This document shows, piece by piece, positions 18,703-29,393 of a stretch of 64,000 bases of DNA. The translations under genes were made by a program, and so were the position numbers. Every line of letters begins with the position of its first letter. Positions within the stretch are counted from its first letter, which is position 1. The DNA comes from Candidatus Methylomirabilia bacterium (GTDB taxonomy: Bacteria > Methylomirabilota > Methylomirabilia > Rokubacteriales > CSP1-6). The notes beneath the pieces were generated by a model. That model ran no database searches, was not told the DNA's origin, and saw only the letters and a program-made list of their open reading frames with translations. The stretch covers positions 39,517 through 103,516 of the forward strand of contig JBHIBG010000004.1 of the NCBI GenBank assembly GCA_046758965.1, written 5' to 3'.

Positions 18703-19530
18703 GTGTTCCGCAAGACCTCCGGCTCGAGCCTCTGCCCTTCCTGCGGGAAGCTGAACAGCGTGAACGCGCCCGTCTGCTTCTTTTGCGGACGGCGAAACCC
18801 GGGGCTCTGGGGGTTCGGGCCCGTTGTGGGCCGGCTGCTGGCAGATATTAGTTTCACCCGGGTCGTGACCGTAGTCTGCATCGCAGCGTACGTGGCCTCC
18901 CTCCTCCTGGACGTTCGCTCAGCCATGCGACCCCGGGGACCGTTCGACATCCTGGCACCCGGCGGCGCTGCACTCGATGCCCTGGGCATGACGGGTGCCT
19001 ATGCCTGGGCCCTTGGGCGCTGGTGGACGCTCATCACCGCGATCTATCTCCATGGAAGCGTGCTTCACCTCGTCTTCAACCTGCTCTGGATCAACCAGCT
19101 GGCACCGGCCGTTGAGGAACTGTACGGGCGCTCCCGGCTCATCTTGATCTTCACTGCGGCGGGTGCGCTGGGCTTTGTCGCGTCAAACTGGATCGGAGTG
19201 CCGTTCACGATCGGGGCCTCGGGTTCCATCTTCGGTCTGTTCGGCGCGATGGTCGCCTACGGCCGGAGCCGCGGCGGGGCATTCGGGGTGTTGATCTTGC
19301 GCCAGTACGGTCGGTGGGCACTGGTGCTCTTCATCCTCGGCTTCCTGATGCCCGGGGTGAACAACTTCGCCCACGCGGGTGGCTTCGTGGGCGGGTACGT
19401 CCTGGGTACGTGGCTCGGCCACAACGACCGCCGTCGAGAGGACAGTACCCACCACCTGGCGGCGACCGTGACCGTGGCACTGACCGCGTTCTCCTTCGTG
19501 CTCGCGCTCTGGAACGGCTTCGTCGGCTGA
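18703..19530 (+). CDS. Rhomboid intramembrane serine protease with N-terminal zinc ribbon
   Basis: CPSC...CFFC, WWTLITAIYLHGSVLHLVFN, GASG, AHAGG. Confidence 0.92.
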   Translation: MFRKTSGSSLCPSCGKLNSVNAPVCFFCGRRNPGLWGFGPVVGRLLADISFTRVVTVVCIAAYVASLLLDVRSAMRPRGPFDILAPGGAALDALGMTGAYAWALGRWWTLITAIYLHGSVLHLVFNLLWINQLAPAVEELYGRSRLILIFTAAGALGFVASNWIGVPFTIGASGSIFGLFGAMVAYGRSRGGAFGVLILRQYGRWALVLFILGFLMPGVNNFAHAGGFVGGYVLGTWLGHNDRRREDSTHHLAATVTVALTAFSFVLALWNGFVG

Positions 19531-19602
19531 GCGAGGAGGCGAGCGTCCCTTGGGCGCAGACCGCGCTCGCCAGCGGCGACCGAACAGTGGAGGTGATGTC
19601 AG

Positions 19603-21027
19603 GTGAACGAGTTGAGTTTCCTCGATGCCGTGGCTCAGGCTGAGCTGGTGCGGAAGAAGGAGGTCAAGGCGATCGAGCTGGTGGAGGCGGCGATCGAGCG
19701 GATCGAGCGTCTGAATCCGAGCCTCAATGCCGTCGTGACACCCATGTATGACCTGGCGCGAAAAGCAGCCTCCGGGCCGCTCCCCGACGGCCCCTTTGCC
19801 GGGGTGCCGTTCCTCCTGAAGGACTTTCTGGCCGAGTACGCAGGGGTTCGGTTCACCGAAGGGTCGGTCTTTCTGAGCGAATACGTCTCCGACGATGACA
19901 GCGAGCTGGTCAAGCGATACAAGCGCGCTGGCTTGATCACAGTCGGAAAGAGCAATACGCCGGAGTTCGCGATCGGCGCAACGACCGAACCTCGCCTGTT
20001 CGGCCCAACCCACAATCCTTGGGATACGGGCCGGACCCCGGGCGGATCCAGCGGGGGCGCTGCGGCCGCCGTGGCCGCCGGCCTCGTCCCTGTGGCCCAC
20101 GCCAACGACGCAGGGGGATCCATACGCATCCCTGCCTCGTGCTGTGGGCTCTTCGGTCTCAAACCCACACGGGCGCGGAATCCCCTGGGGCCTCACTACG
20201 GGGACGTCTTCAGCGGCCTGGTGGCCGAGCACGCTCTCACCCGTTCGGTGCGGGACAGCGCCGGGCTCCTCGACGCCACCTCAGGCCCGGATGTCGGCGA
20301 CCCCTACTGGGTGTCGCCGCCGGCGCGCCCCTTCGTCCAGGAAGTGGGTACCGACCCCGGCCGGCTCCGCATTGCCCTTACCACTCGGACCTTCCTCGGC
20401 ACCACACTGCATCCCGACTGCCTGGCCGCCGTACGTGACGCCGCGGCCCTGTGCGCCGAACTCGGGCACGAAGTCGTTGAAGGCGGCCCGGCCATCGACG
20501 GCGAATCGCTGTGGCAGGGCTTCACCACTATCTTGTCCGCGGGCTTTGCGTGGGCCATGGAGGACTGGCGGCGGAGGACCGGCCGGACGCCCACCGCCGA
20601 GTCCTTTGAACCCTTTGTCTGGGCCTTCACTGAGAGGGGCCGCCGACTCAGCGCACCGGACTACCTGCTGGTTCTCCAGGATCTCCAGAGGCTGACGCGC
20701 GCGATCGCCCGGTTCTTCGTCGACTACGACGTGTGGCTGACCCCCACGCTCGGCGAGCCTCCGGTTCCTCTCGGCACTTTTGAATTTTCCGCGGATGACC
20801 CCTTGAAGGTGCGCCGGCGGGTGGCGGCCTTCTCGCCCTTCACTTACGCCAGCAACGTCACTGGTCAGCCGGCTATGTCGGTACCGCTCTTCTGGAACAC
20901 TGAGGGGCTGCCGGTGGGTGCCCACTTCGTCGGCCGCTTTGGCGACGAGGCGACGCTCTTCCGCCTCGCGGGGCAGCTCGAGGCGGCACGCCCGTGGGCG
21001 AGGCGGCGTCCGCCGGTATCGGGCTGA
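19603..21027 (+). CDS. Amidase-signature family enzyme
   Basis: [39 protein letters not shown]. Confidence 0.95.
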   Translation: MNELSFLDAVAQAELVRKKEVKAIELVEAAIERIERLNPSLNAVVTPMYDLARKAASGPLPDGPFAGVPFLLKDFLAEYAGVRFTEGSVFLSEYVSDDDSELVKRYKRAGLITVGKSNTPEFAIGATTEPRLFGPTHNPWDTGRTPGGSSGGAAAAVAAGLVPVAHANDAGGSIRIPASCCGLFGLKPTRARNPLGPHYGDVFSGLVAEHALTRSVRDSAGLLDATSGPDVGDPYWVSPPARPFVQEVGTDPGRLRIALTTRTFLGTTLHPDCLAAVRDAAALCAELGHEVVEGGPAIDGESLWQGFTTILSAGFAWAMEDWRRRTGRTPTAESFEPFVWAFTERGRRLSAPDYLLVLQDLQRLTRAIARFFVDYDVWLTPTLGEPPVPLGTFEFSADDPLKVRRRVAAFSPFTYASNVTGQPAMSVPLFWNTEGLPVGAHFVGRFGDEATLFRLAGQLEAARPWARRRPPVSG

Positions 21028-21061
21028 GCCCCAGAGTTCAGCGGGACCCCACGCGTCGTCC

Positions 21062-22300
21062 TCAGCTTGCCAGCGCGAGAAGCGTCCGGAGGAGGACATC
21101 GGCGCCGCGCTCGACGGCCTCCCAGTCGCTCGCCTCATCAGGCCGGTGACTCCTCCCTCGCTTCGACGGGATGAAGATCATGCCGGCCTCCGTCACACTG
21201 GCGAGGTTCTGGGCATCGTGGCCCGCCCCGGAGGGCATCGGGTGGAAGGCCAGCCCAAGGTTGCGGCAGGCTCCCTCGATTGCCGCCTGAACCCGTCGGG
21301 CGCACTGGACTGGCTCGGTTCGGGACCCCGGGAGCACCTCTACTCCGAGGCCGCGCCGGTTGGCGATGCGCCGGGCCAGTGAGAGGCAGCGTCTCCCGAG
21401 GTGATCGAGGATCCCGGGGTTCAACTCGCGCAGCTCCTGGATGAGAGCGGTCCGGGCCGGGACGATATTGGGAACACCGGGCTTGACCTCCACTACCCCG
21501 ATGTTGGTCACGCTCCGCTCGCTCCCGTGCTTCAGCACCAGCTCGCGGGCCTTCAGGGAAAACTCGGCTGCCGCGAGGAAACTGTCCTTCCGCCGCTCCA
21601 TCGGCGTGGTCCCGGCGTGGTCAGGCTCGCCGATGAAAACAATCCGGGTTCGCGCGATCCCCACGATCCCGGTCACAACCCCGATAGGAACACCCAGAGC
21701 CTCTAGGTGAGGCCCCTGCTCGATATGGAGCTCTACATACGCAGCCAGGCTCCCGCGACCGCGGGCCGCGCCCGGGGCCTCCAGGGCATTGAACCCGGCC
21801 CGGGCCATGGCATCCACGAGTCGCTCGCCATCTGGGCTGGCCAGCGTGAGGAGTCGGGCCGGGTCGAGTTTGCCTGTGAAGGCGGTGGAGCCGAAGAGAC
21901 TCGCGTAGCGCCCCTCCTCGTCGCTCCAGGCTGCGAGGCTCAGGGGACGCGCCAGGCGGAGCCCGGCCTCGCGGAGCGTACGAAGGCACTCGAGCCCTGC
22001 CAGGACGCCCAACGCGCCGTCGAAGATCCCGCCCTCGGGGACCGAGTCGATGTGGGAGCCGGCGAGGACGCCGAGGTCAGAGGACTCCGCGGGCGTCTCC
22101 GACAACATGCCGAAGGTGTTGCCGGCTGGATCCACCCACGTCGCCAACCCCGCCTCTCTCATCCGCCCCAGGAGCCAGGCTCGGGCTTCTTCGTGGGGCT
22201 GGCTCCAGGCTGGCCGCGTCACGCCCCCGCTCGAGGTCCGGCCGAAGCGGGCCAGAGTCTCGATATCCTCTCTGAGCCTGAGCAGCGAGATAGCAACCAT
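21062..22300 (-). CDS. M20 Zn-dependent hydrolase (N-carbamoyl-L-amino-acid/allantoate amidohydrolase family)
   Basis: GSHIDSVP.GG.FDG, DEEG, ELHIEQG, HAGTTPM, SGAGHDA, SH. Confidence 0.92.
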   Translation of the reverse strand: MVAISLLRLREDIETLARFGRTSSGGVTRPAWSQPHEEARAWLLGRMREAGLATWVDPAGNTFGMLSETPAESSDLGVLAGSHIDSVPEGGIFDGALGVLAGLECLRTLREAGLRLARPLSLAAWSDEEGRYASLFGSTAFTGKLDPARLLTLASPDGERLVDAMARAGFNALEAPGAARGRGSLAAYVELHIEQGPHLEALGVPIGVVTGIVGIARTRIVFIGEPDHAGTTPMERRKDSFLAAAEFSLKARELVLKHGSERSVTNIGVVEVKPGVPNIVPARTALIQELRELNPGILDHLGRRCLSLARRIANRRGLGVEVLPGSRTEPVQCARRVQAAIEGACRNLGLAFHPMPSGAGHDAQNLASVTEAGMIFIPSKRGRSHRPDEASDWEAVERGADVLLRTLLALAS

Positions 22301-22397
22301 ACGAGGCAAGATCTCCGTACGAATATACTCTCAATCTCCGGAAACTTTCGTCGGCCGCCCGAAACCAGCCTAGCCCGCCGCGAGTAGCGCGGCCGGA

Positions 22398-22426
22398 TTG
22401 CCTTTTCCGGGCCTTCGGGCTATGAT
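22398..22426 (+). promoter_or_regulatory. Sigma70-type promoter of the LIV-type ABC operon
   Basis: TTGCCT-N17-TATGAT. Confidence 0.6.
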
Positions 22427-22519
22427 CGCGTCCTGACCTCGCCGCCGGGCCTGATTCCGCGGCGGTGGGGAGGATGAGCCGGAAGGGATATTCAACCACC
22501 AAGTAAGGAGGGCCGGATC

Positions 22520-23779
22520 ATGAGCGATGATCGAACCTCGAAGGGCCAACCAGAAGGACCTCTTTTCCGGGAAGTCAGCCGGCGTGACCTGCTGAAGACC
22601 GGCACGACCGTCGGCCTCGGCCTGGCGGCCTTCGGCGGCCTTGGGCGTCCCGGCCGCGCGCAGGCCAAACAGCTGGTGAAGTTGTCATTCATCGGCCCGC
22701 TCTCCGGCGGAACAGCCTCCAACGGGTTGGGAGGCCGGAACTCCTTCCTGCTGGCCGTGGCGGAGCGAAACGCCGATCCCAAGAGCAAGTACCGGTACGA
22801 GACCATCGTGCTCGACGACGAGTGCAAGCCCACGGTCGGCGTGCAGGCGGCTCTCAAGGCTGGCTCCGACCCGCGGGTGATCGCTTCCATCTCCCACTAC
22901 TGCAGTGTCGTGGCTATCGCCACCGTGGACACCTTCCACAAGCTGGGCCTGCCGTCCATGGTCTGGGGCGCGGTGCTCCCTGACATTACCTACGGGCACG
23001 AGCACGTGGAGATCACCCGGGTCAACGGGACAATGATCAACCAGAATCAGGTTGCGGCCGACTTCGCCGTGAAGAAGCTGGGCTTCAGGACCTTCTCGAT
23101 CATCCACGACACGACCGACTACGGGCGGGGGCACGCCAAGTACTTCACCAAGGGGCTGCGGCGGGTTGGCGGGGAGATCCTCTCCACGACCGGCACGGCC
23201 AAGGACCAGAAGGACTACACGGCCGAGCTGACGAAGATCAAGGCCGAGAAGCCTGAGGTGATCTACTTCGGCGGCCTGACCCCGGACGGGGTCCGGGTCA
23301 AGGTCCAGATGGATAAGCTGGGGATCAAGGCCCAGTTCCAGGGGACCTCGGGGATCAAGTCCGACACCTTCATCGAGACGGCCGGCCGGAGCGCCGAAGG
23401 GGTCTACTGCTTCGTTGAGGGCGCGCCCACCGAAAAGCTTCCGGGCGGCAAGCAATACCTGGCGGCTTACGCCCGGAAGGGCTTCAAGGAGCCGTCGGAG
23501 GCCTACGGCCCCTTCGCCTACGTGGCCACCCATCTGGTCATCGACGCCATCGAGGAGCTCGGGCCGGACCGCGCGAAGGTCGCCAAGAGGCTCAAGCGGA
23601 CGAAGACGGAGAATACGATTATCGGGCCCGTGGAGTTCGATGACCACGGCCAGAACACCGTGCCATTGATCACCACCCACGTCGCCCAGGATGGCAGGTG
23701 GGTGGTCTGGGAGGATTCCGAGTACGCGACCGGGAAGCGCGAGTTGCCGGGGCTCAAGTTCAAGCGCCAGCGGACGTAG
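22520..23779 (+). CDS. Branched-chain amino acid-type ABC transporter substrate-binding protein with Tat signal
   Basis: SRRDLLK twin-arginine motif, IGPLSG, LDDEC, HDTTDYGRG, VIYFGG. Confidence 0.9.
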   Translation: MSDDRTSKGQPEGPLFREVSRRDLLKTGTTVGLGLAAFGGLGRPGRAQAKQLVKLSFIGPLSGGTASNGLGGRNSFLLAVAERNADPKSKYRYETIVLDDECKPTVGVQAALKAGSDPRVIASISHYCSVVAIATVDTFHKLGLPSMVWGAVLPDITYGHEHVEITRVNGTMINQNQVAADFAVKKLGFRTFSIIHDTTDYGRGHAKYFTKGLRRVGGEILSTTGTAKDQKDYTAELTKIKAEKPEVIYFGGLTPDGVRVKVQMDKLGIKAQFQGTSGIKSDTFIETAGRSAEGVYCFVEGAPTEKLPGGKQYLAAYARKGFKEPSEAYGPFAYVATHLVIDAIEELGPDRAKVAKRLKRTKTENTIIGPVEFDDHGQNTVPLITTHVAQDGRWVVWEDSEYATGKRELPGLKFKRQRT

Positions 23780-23830
23780 GGCAGGCCGCCTGCTGCCTCT
23801 CACCCCGATGCCTCCCTCCGTGGCACTCTG

Positions 23831-24754
23831 ATGCCGCCGGTAGAGGTCCTTCTGCAACAAGCCTTCAACGGCTTGATGCTGGGGGTCATGTATGCCCTCG
23901 TCGCCGTGGGCTTCACCCTGTTTTTCGGGGTGCTGAACGTGATCCACTTCTCCCACGGCGACATCTTCATGCTCGGCGCCTTCGCCGGGCTGAGCTTGAC
24001 GTTCCTCTGGGCGGCGGTCGGGCTCGGGAACCCGATCGTCGCCCTCCTGCTTACCTTTGTCGGGGCCCTGCTCATCACCGGCCTCGTCGGGGTCCTCACC
24101 GAGCGGGCGTGCGTCAAGCCGCTCGCCAAAGCGCCGCCCCTCATGACGCTCCTGGCCACTCTCTCCCTCGGCCTCGTCATCCGAGAGGCGGTGCTCATCT
24201 TCTACCCCCGGGGGGCCGATCCCAAGCTCTTCCCCGCGATGCTTCCCGACGGGCTCTTCGAGATCGGCGGGGTCGTCATCCGGTACGAGAATCTCGCCAT
24301 CCTGGCGATTGCCGGAGTGTCCATGGTGCTGGTGGACCTGATTATCAACCGGACGCGCATGGGGGCCAGCATTCGGGCCGTGGCGCAAGACGCCGAGGCC
24401 GCGCAGATGATGGGGGTGGATCTCGACCGGACCGTGGACTTTACGTTCTTTCTCGGAGCGGCTCTGGCCGCGGTGGCGGGAATCCTGAACGGCCTGTACT
24501 ACAGCGAGATCCACTTCATCATGGGGATCACGGGAGGCGTCATCGGCTTCTCGGCAGCGGCGATCGGCGGCATGGGCAACGTCTACGGCGCGATCCTCGG
24601 AGGGCTGCTGTTCGGCGTCGTGCAGACGATCGCGGCCGCCTTTATCCCGCGAGGATCGGAGTTCAGGGATGTGGTCGCCTTCGCCGTGGTGATGGTGTTC
24701 ATGGTTTTCAAGCCCACGGGAATGCTGGGCGAGAAGGTCGTCGAGCGCGTCTGA
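23831..24754 (+). CDS. livH: LIV-type ABC permease
   Basis: YALVAVGFTLFFGVLNVIHFSHG, GASIRAVAQD, IGGMGN. Confidence 0.92.
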   Translation: MPPVEVLLQQAFNGLMLGVMYALVAVGFTLFFGVLNVIHFSHGDIFMLGAFAGLSLTFLWAAVGLGNPIVALLLTFVGALLITGLVGVLTERACVKPLAKAPPLMTLLATLSLGLVIREAVLIFYPRGADPKLFPAMLPDGLFEIGGVVIRYENLAILAIAGVSMVLVDLIINRTRMGASIRAVAQDAEAAQMMGVDLDRTVDFTFFLGAALAAVAGILNGLYYSEIHFIMGITGGVIGFSAAAIGGMGNVYGAILGGLLFGVVQTIAAAFIPRGSEFRDVVAFAVVMVFMVFKPTGMLGEKVVERV

Positions 24755-24775
24755 CCTGGCGGGGGCCGGAGGCGG

Positions 24776-25951
24776 ATGAGGAGGCTGATTTCGGTCTGGG
24801 CTGCCGAGCTGGCGCTTTTCGCCCTGGTGGTCGCGGCCCTCTTGGCGGAGCGCTCGATCGCCATCGGCGCGACGTTCGCGGCCATCGGCGTGCTCGTCGT
24901 CGTCGTCCAGAGTTCAGCTCGGGTCTGGAGCTGGGTCGCTACCTCCTTCCAGATGCATCGGGCTGCGGCCCTCGCTGGCGCGGCCGTCCTGGCCCTCGCG
25001 CTACCGTTCTTCCTCCGGGCCAGCCCGTACTGGACGTTTGTCGCCACACTGGCGCTCGTGTACGTCACGATCGGCCAGGGCCTGAATCTACAGATGGGTA
25101 CGGCGGGGGTCATCAACCTGGCGGGCGCGGCATTCGCCGGCCTCGGGGGCTACACCGTAGGCCTCCTGACCGTGGGAGTCGGCTTGCCTCCTTGGCTGGC
25201 GCTGCTTATCGGCCCCCTGGTCGCCGTGACAGTCGGCGCGCTCCTTTTTATTCCCATCCTGAAAGTCCGGGGACATTACCTGGCGCTGGTCACTATCGCC
25301 TTCGGGTTCATCTTCAACATCCTCATGAACAACCTGGGGTTCACGGGCGGCCCGCAGGGCATCAAGAACATTCCGACGCTCGCGCCGTTCGGGCACGCGT
25401 TCACCGCCCCGCTCCACTTTCTCGGGATCACGCTGCCCTACCACGCTAACTTCTACTACGCGGCCCTGGCGATGGCCGCGCTGGTGACCTGGCTCGCGTG
25501 GCGCCTCTACAACTCGTGGGTCGGGCTCACCCTGAATACGCTCCGGGACGACGAGATCGCCGCCAAGTGCAGCGGGGTGTCGGTGGCGCGCTATAAGCTG
25601 CTGGCCTTCTCCATCGGCAGCTTCTTCATCGGGCTTGGCGGGGCCTTCTATGCTGTCATGGTGGGGTTCGTGTCACCTCCAGATTTCGACTTCAGCTACT
25701 CGCTGATCATGGTCTCGGTCATCATCCTGGGTGGCCTGGACTCGATCCCGGGCATCGTCCTGGGGGCATGCCTCCTGATCCCGCTCCCCGAGCGCTTCCG
25801 CTTCCTCCACGAGTACCGGCTCTTGATCTACGGCGCGGCGATCCTCCTCATGCTCATCTTCCGGCCTCGCGGCCTGTGGCCGGCCTCCGTGCGGCGCTAC
25901 GGTCTCCGCGAGCCGGCGGCGAGCTTCGGGACAGGTGGAGGAGAGTCGTGA
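24776..25951 (+). CDS. livM: LIV-type ABC permease
   Basis: GLNLQMG, RGHYLALVT, RDDEIAA, ILGGL, RPRGL. Confidence 0.92.
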   Translation: MRRLISVWAAELALFALVVAALLAERSIAIGATFAAIGVLVVVVQSSARVWSWVATSFQMHRAAALAGAAVLALALPFFLRASPYWTFVATLALVYVTIGQGLNLQMGTAGVINLAGAAFAGLGGYTVGLLTVGVGLPPWLALLIGPLVAVTVGALLFIPILKVRGHYLALVTIAFGFIFNILMNNLGFTGGPQGIKNIPTLAPFGHAFTAPLHFLGITLPYHANFYYAALAMAALVTWLAWRLYNSWVGLTLNTLRDDEIAAKCSGVSVARYKLLAFSIGSFFIGLGGAFYAVMVGFVSPPDFDFSYSLIMVSVIILGGLDSIPGIVLGACLLIPLPERFRFLHEYRLLIYGAAILLMLIFRPRGLWPASVRRYGLREPAASFGTGGGES

Positions 25952-26721
25952 ACCTGTTCGCCACGCGCGGTCTCACGGTCCAGTTCGGCGGGTTGACGGC
26001 GCTGGACCAGGTGGACGTCGGCGTGGGGGAGGGTGAAACCCTGGGGCTCATCGGGCCAAATGGCTCCGGGAAGACCACCTTCTTCAATGCCGTGACCGGC
26101 CTCGTCCCGGCATCCGGTGAGGTCCTCTTCCGCGGGGGGAAGCTGCACGGGCTCGAGCCCCACGCTATCTGCCAGCGGGGGATCGCCCGCACCTTTCAGG
26201 CCAGCCGCCTCTGCCTTTGGCTCAGCGTGTTCGACAATGTCCTGATCGGGATGCACACGCAGGCCCGGAGCAGCGTGTGGGACGCGCTCTTCCGCCGCAG
26301 ACGGGTGGTGTCCGAAGTGCGCCAGGCCCTTGGCCAGGCTGCCCACCTGTTGAGCCTGTTCAACGCCGACCTGGTACACCAGGGCTTTGATCGGGTAGGC
26401 GAGCTGCCGCAGATCGACCGCCGCCGCGTCGAGATCTGCCGAGCGCTCGCTGCCCGGCCACGGCTCCTGCTCCTCGATGAGCCTTCGGCCGGCATGAGCC
26501 CGGAGGAGACTGTGGAGCTGATGAAGGACCTGCAGACGGTGCGCGAGGAGATGCCCGGGCTCAGTGTCATCCTCATCGAGCATGACATGTTCGTCATCGA
26601 AGGAGTGAGCCAGCGCGTGGTAGCCTTCAACTACGGCCGGAAGATCGCTGAAGGGACGTTCGCCGCGGTCTCCCAGAACGAGGAGGTGCGGGAGGCCTAT
26701 CTGGGGCGTGGGGCAGCGTGA
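25948..26721 (+). CDS. livG: LIV-type ABC ATP-binding protein
   Basis: GPNGSGKT, GIARTFQ, LLLDEP, IEHDM, VREAYLG; GTG start overlapping livM stop. Confidence 0.92.
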   Translation: MNLFATRGLTVQFGGLTALDQVDVGVGEGETLGLIGPNGSGKTTFFNAVTGLVPASGEVLFRGGKLHGLEPHAICQRGIARTFQASRLCLWLSVFDNVLIGMHTQARSSVWDALFRRRRVVSEVRQALGQAAHLLSLFNADLVHQGFDRVGELPQIDRRRVEICRALAARPRLLLLDEPSAGMSPEETVELMKDLQTVREEMPGLSVILIEHDMFVIEGVSQRVVAFNYGRKIAEGTFAAVSQNEEVREAYLGRGAA

Positions 26722-26772
26722 CCGGTTCGCCCGTGCCGGACACGGCTCCGCTCCCGGAGGGATCCGATAACG

Positions 26773-27486
26773 ATGCCGCACCTGCTTGAAGTTCGAGGCG
26801 TCTCCACGCGGTACGGTCGGATCTCCATGCTGCGGAACGTCTCGGTCGCGCTGCGCGAGGGAGAGATCGCGTGTCTGTTGGGCCCCAACGGAGCCGGCAA
26901 AACCACCACGATCCGGACGATCCTCGGACTTGTCCGCCCGGTCGGCGGCTCCATCGTCTTCCAGGGAGAACGGATCGACGGCTTGAAGACGAGCCAGATC
27001 GTCAAGCGGGGTATCGGAGTGATCCCCGAAGGGCGGCGGATCTTCCCGAAGATGACGGTGGATGAGAACCTCAGGATGGGAGCGTTCTCCGAGTGGGGAA
27101 CGCGGGAGCTCGCCGGCCGGCTGGAGGAGATCTTCGATCAGTTTCCGCGTCTGAGGGAGCGCCGTGGGCAGCTCGCTGGAACGATGAGCGGCGGCGAGCA
27201 GGCGATTCTGGCTATCGGCCGTGCCCTGATGGGGCGGCCGAGACTGCTCCTGCTCGACGAGCCGTCACTGGGCCTCTCCCCGCTCTTGGTGGAACAGATC
27301 TTCAACATGATCTATGAGATCAACCGGCGGGGAACCACGGTGTTCCTGGTCGAGCAGAACGCGCGCAAGACGCTGGCGCTGGCTCACCACGGCTACCTCA
27401 TCCAGAAAGGGGAAATCGTCGGGGCGGGCACTGCCGATCAGCTCCGCGAATCAGAGGTCGTCCGTCACGCCTATCTCACGGCCTAG
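26773..27486 (+). CDS. livF: LIV-type ABC ATP-binding protein
   Basis: GPNGAGKT, PEGRRIF, MSGGEQ, LLLDEPSLGL, VEQN. Confidence 0.93.
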   Translation: MPHLLEVRGVSTRYGRISMLRNVSVALREGEIACLLGPNGAGKTTTIRTILGLVRPVGGSIVFQGERIDGLKTSQIVKRGIGVIPEGRRIFPKMTVDENLRMGAFSEWGTRELAGRLEEIFDQFPRLRERRGQLAGTMSGGEQAILAIGRALMGRPRLLLLDEPSLGLSPLLVEQIFNMIYEINRRGTTVFLVEQNARKTLALAHHGYLIQKGEIVGAGTADQLRESEVVRHAYLTA

Positions 27487-27597
27487 GCCGCACGGCGTCC
27501 GGTCACCGAGCGCGGCCTCGAGCAATCCGCCATCTTTCAGAGGTTCTTGCGCGGTAGTGTGTCGCCCGGTTTGTCGATCTGGTAGCATGACAGTGAG

Positions 27598-28533
27598 ATG
27601 CTGGCCGTCGAGGCGCGTGAGCTGACCAAGACGTTCTGGGGTGGGGCCTTCCGCCGGAGGGCGACGAAGGCGCTTCAGCGCGCGAGCCTTGCCATTCCCC
27701 GGGGGATGATCTTCGGCCTGCTCGGACCTAACGGGGCGGGGAAGACTACGCTCCTCTCCATCCTGGCCACGCTCCTCCTTCCGGACGCCGGACGGGCCTC
27801 GATTCTCGGGCATGACCTGCTGCGAGAGCCGCGCGCCATCCGGAAGCGGATCAACATGGCCAGCGGCAACGCCAACTTCGTCTGGAGCCTCCATACCCAG
27901 GAAATCTTATCGTTCTACGGTCGTCTCTACGGGCTGTACGGCCGGACGCTCCGGCAGAAGGTCGACGAACTGATTGCGCTCTGCGAACTGGGGCCTCATC
28001 GGCGTGTCCCCTACAACGAGCTTTCCACCGGCATCAAGCAGCGACTCAACCTGGCCAAGTCGCTCCTGAACGACCCCACGCTGCTCTTCCTCGACGAGCC
28101 GACCCTGGGGCTGGATCCGGACATCGCGATCCGCCTCCGGGACCAGATCAGGGCGCTCCGTCGAGACCGGGGCACGACCATACTCCTTACCACCCACTAC
28201 ATGCGTGAGGCCGAGGAACTGTGCGACGAGGTCGCCTTCATCAAGGCGGGGGAGATCTTGGCCCGCGGGACCGTGGATGACCTGAAGCACCGGGTGCGCG
28301 TCGGGGAGGTCATCACGCTCAGGCTGGATGGCGGGGCTTGGGAGGAGCTCGGGGACCTGCCCGGGATCCTCCGCTGCATCTCAACGGACGGCCGTGTGGA
28401 GTGCACGGTGGACTCCTCTTCACTGCGACTTCCCGAAATCCTGAGATGGCTCCACGACCGTGGGGTGGCGGTGCGCGGGGTGGAGGTGCACGAGCCCGAG
28501 CTCGAGGAGGTCTTTGTTGAACTGGCGAAGTGA
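27598..28533 (+). CDS. ABC-2 type exporter ATP-binding protein
   Basis: GPNGAGKT, LSTGIKQ, LFLDEPT, TTHYM, LEEVF. Confidence 0.92.
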   Translation: MLAVEARELTKTFWGGAFRRRATKALQRASLAIPRGMIFGLLGPNGAGKTTLLSILATLLLPDAGRASILGHDLLREPRAIRKRINMASGNANFVWSLHTQEILSFYGRLYGLYGRTLRQKVDELIALCELGPHRRVPYNELSTGIKQRLNLAKSLLNDPTLLFLDEPTLGLDPDIAIRLRDQIRALRRDRGTTILLTTHYMREAEELCDEVAFIKAGEILARGTVDDLKHRVRVGEVITLRLDGGAWEELGDLPGILRCISTDGRVECTVDSSSLRLPEILRWLHDRGVAVRGVEVHEPELEEVFVELAK

Positions 28534-29311
28534 AGCGGCGCAGACCTACGCGTTTGCGCACCGGAGCTTGCTCATGGCCAGCCGGAACGTATTTTTCCTC
28601 TTCGAGCTGATCTTCTGGCCGTTGATTGGAGTGATCTCCATTGGGCTGATGGCCCGGTTTCTCAACCTCTCCGCGGCGAACTCTGCGTTCGTCTTGATCG
28701 GCACGATGGCGCTCTCCACGGTCCATGTCTGCCAGCTAGACGTGGCCTATGGAGTCCTGTTCGATATCTGGTCCAAGAGCGTCAAGCATCAGTTCCTGGC
28801 GCCTATCCACGTTCGCCATCTGGCCCTGGGCTCGTGGCTGGTGGGGGTCGCTCGGGGGCTCATCGTCTTCTGCCTGCTGGCGGTGGTCGGCTGGTCGGCG
28901 TTCGGCTTCGACTTCCTCGTTCCGGGAGCGATCACGCTCGCCTTGTTTCTCTTCGGCTGCTTCCTCACCGCGGCCACGGTGGGGTTGTTTGTGGGCGCAC
29001 TCGTGGTCTTGTTCGGGACCCGCGCGGAGGTCTCCGCGTGGTCAGCGGTGAACCTGGTGCTGGTGCTCTGCGGTCTCTACTATCCGATCTCAATCCTGCC
29101 AAGCCCCGTCGCAGCCGTCGCCGCGACGCTTCCGCTCACCTACTTTCTCGACGCGTTCCGGGCACACTACGGCTTCGTCCCGCACTTCGAGTGGCCCTGG
29201 TTGACCGGATTCATCCTCTCCGCCGCCTACCTGGCACTGGCTCATTGGAGCCTGGCGGCGGCCATCGCCCGCTCTCGCAAGACCGGCCTCCTGCTCAAAC
29301 TCTCGGAGTGA
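28517..29311 (+). CDS. ABC-2 type exporter permease
   Basis: About six hydrophobic segments, YYPISILP, PLTY; TTG start after SD GAGGAGG. Confidence 0.85.
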   Translation: MNWRSEAAQTYAFAHRSLLMASRNVFFLFELIFWPLIGVISIGLMARFLNLSAANSAFVLIGTMALSTVHVCQLDVAYGVLFDIWSKSVKHQFLAPIHVRHLALGSWLVGVARGLIVFCLLAVVGWSAFGFDFLVPGAITLALFLFGCFLTAATVGLFVGALVVLFGTRAEVSAWSAVNLVLVLCGLYYPISILPSPVAAVAATLPLTYFLDAFRAHYGFVPHFEWPWLTGFILSAAYLALAHWSLAAAIARSRKTGLLLKLSE

Positions 29312-29393
29312 GCCTTGACGGGATGGCGGCGCTCCGGGGCGCCTGTCTCCTAGCGGCGCGAATCTGCCCGCCGTGGTAGGATGGAGCCCGCCA

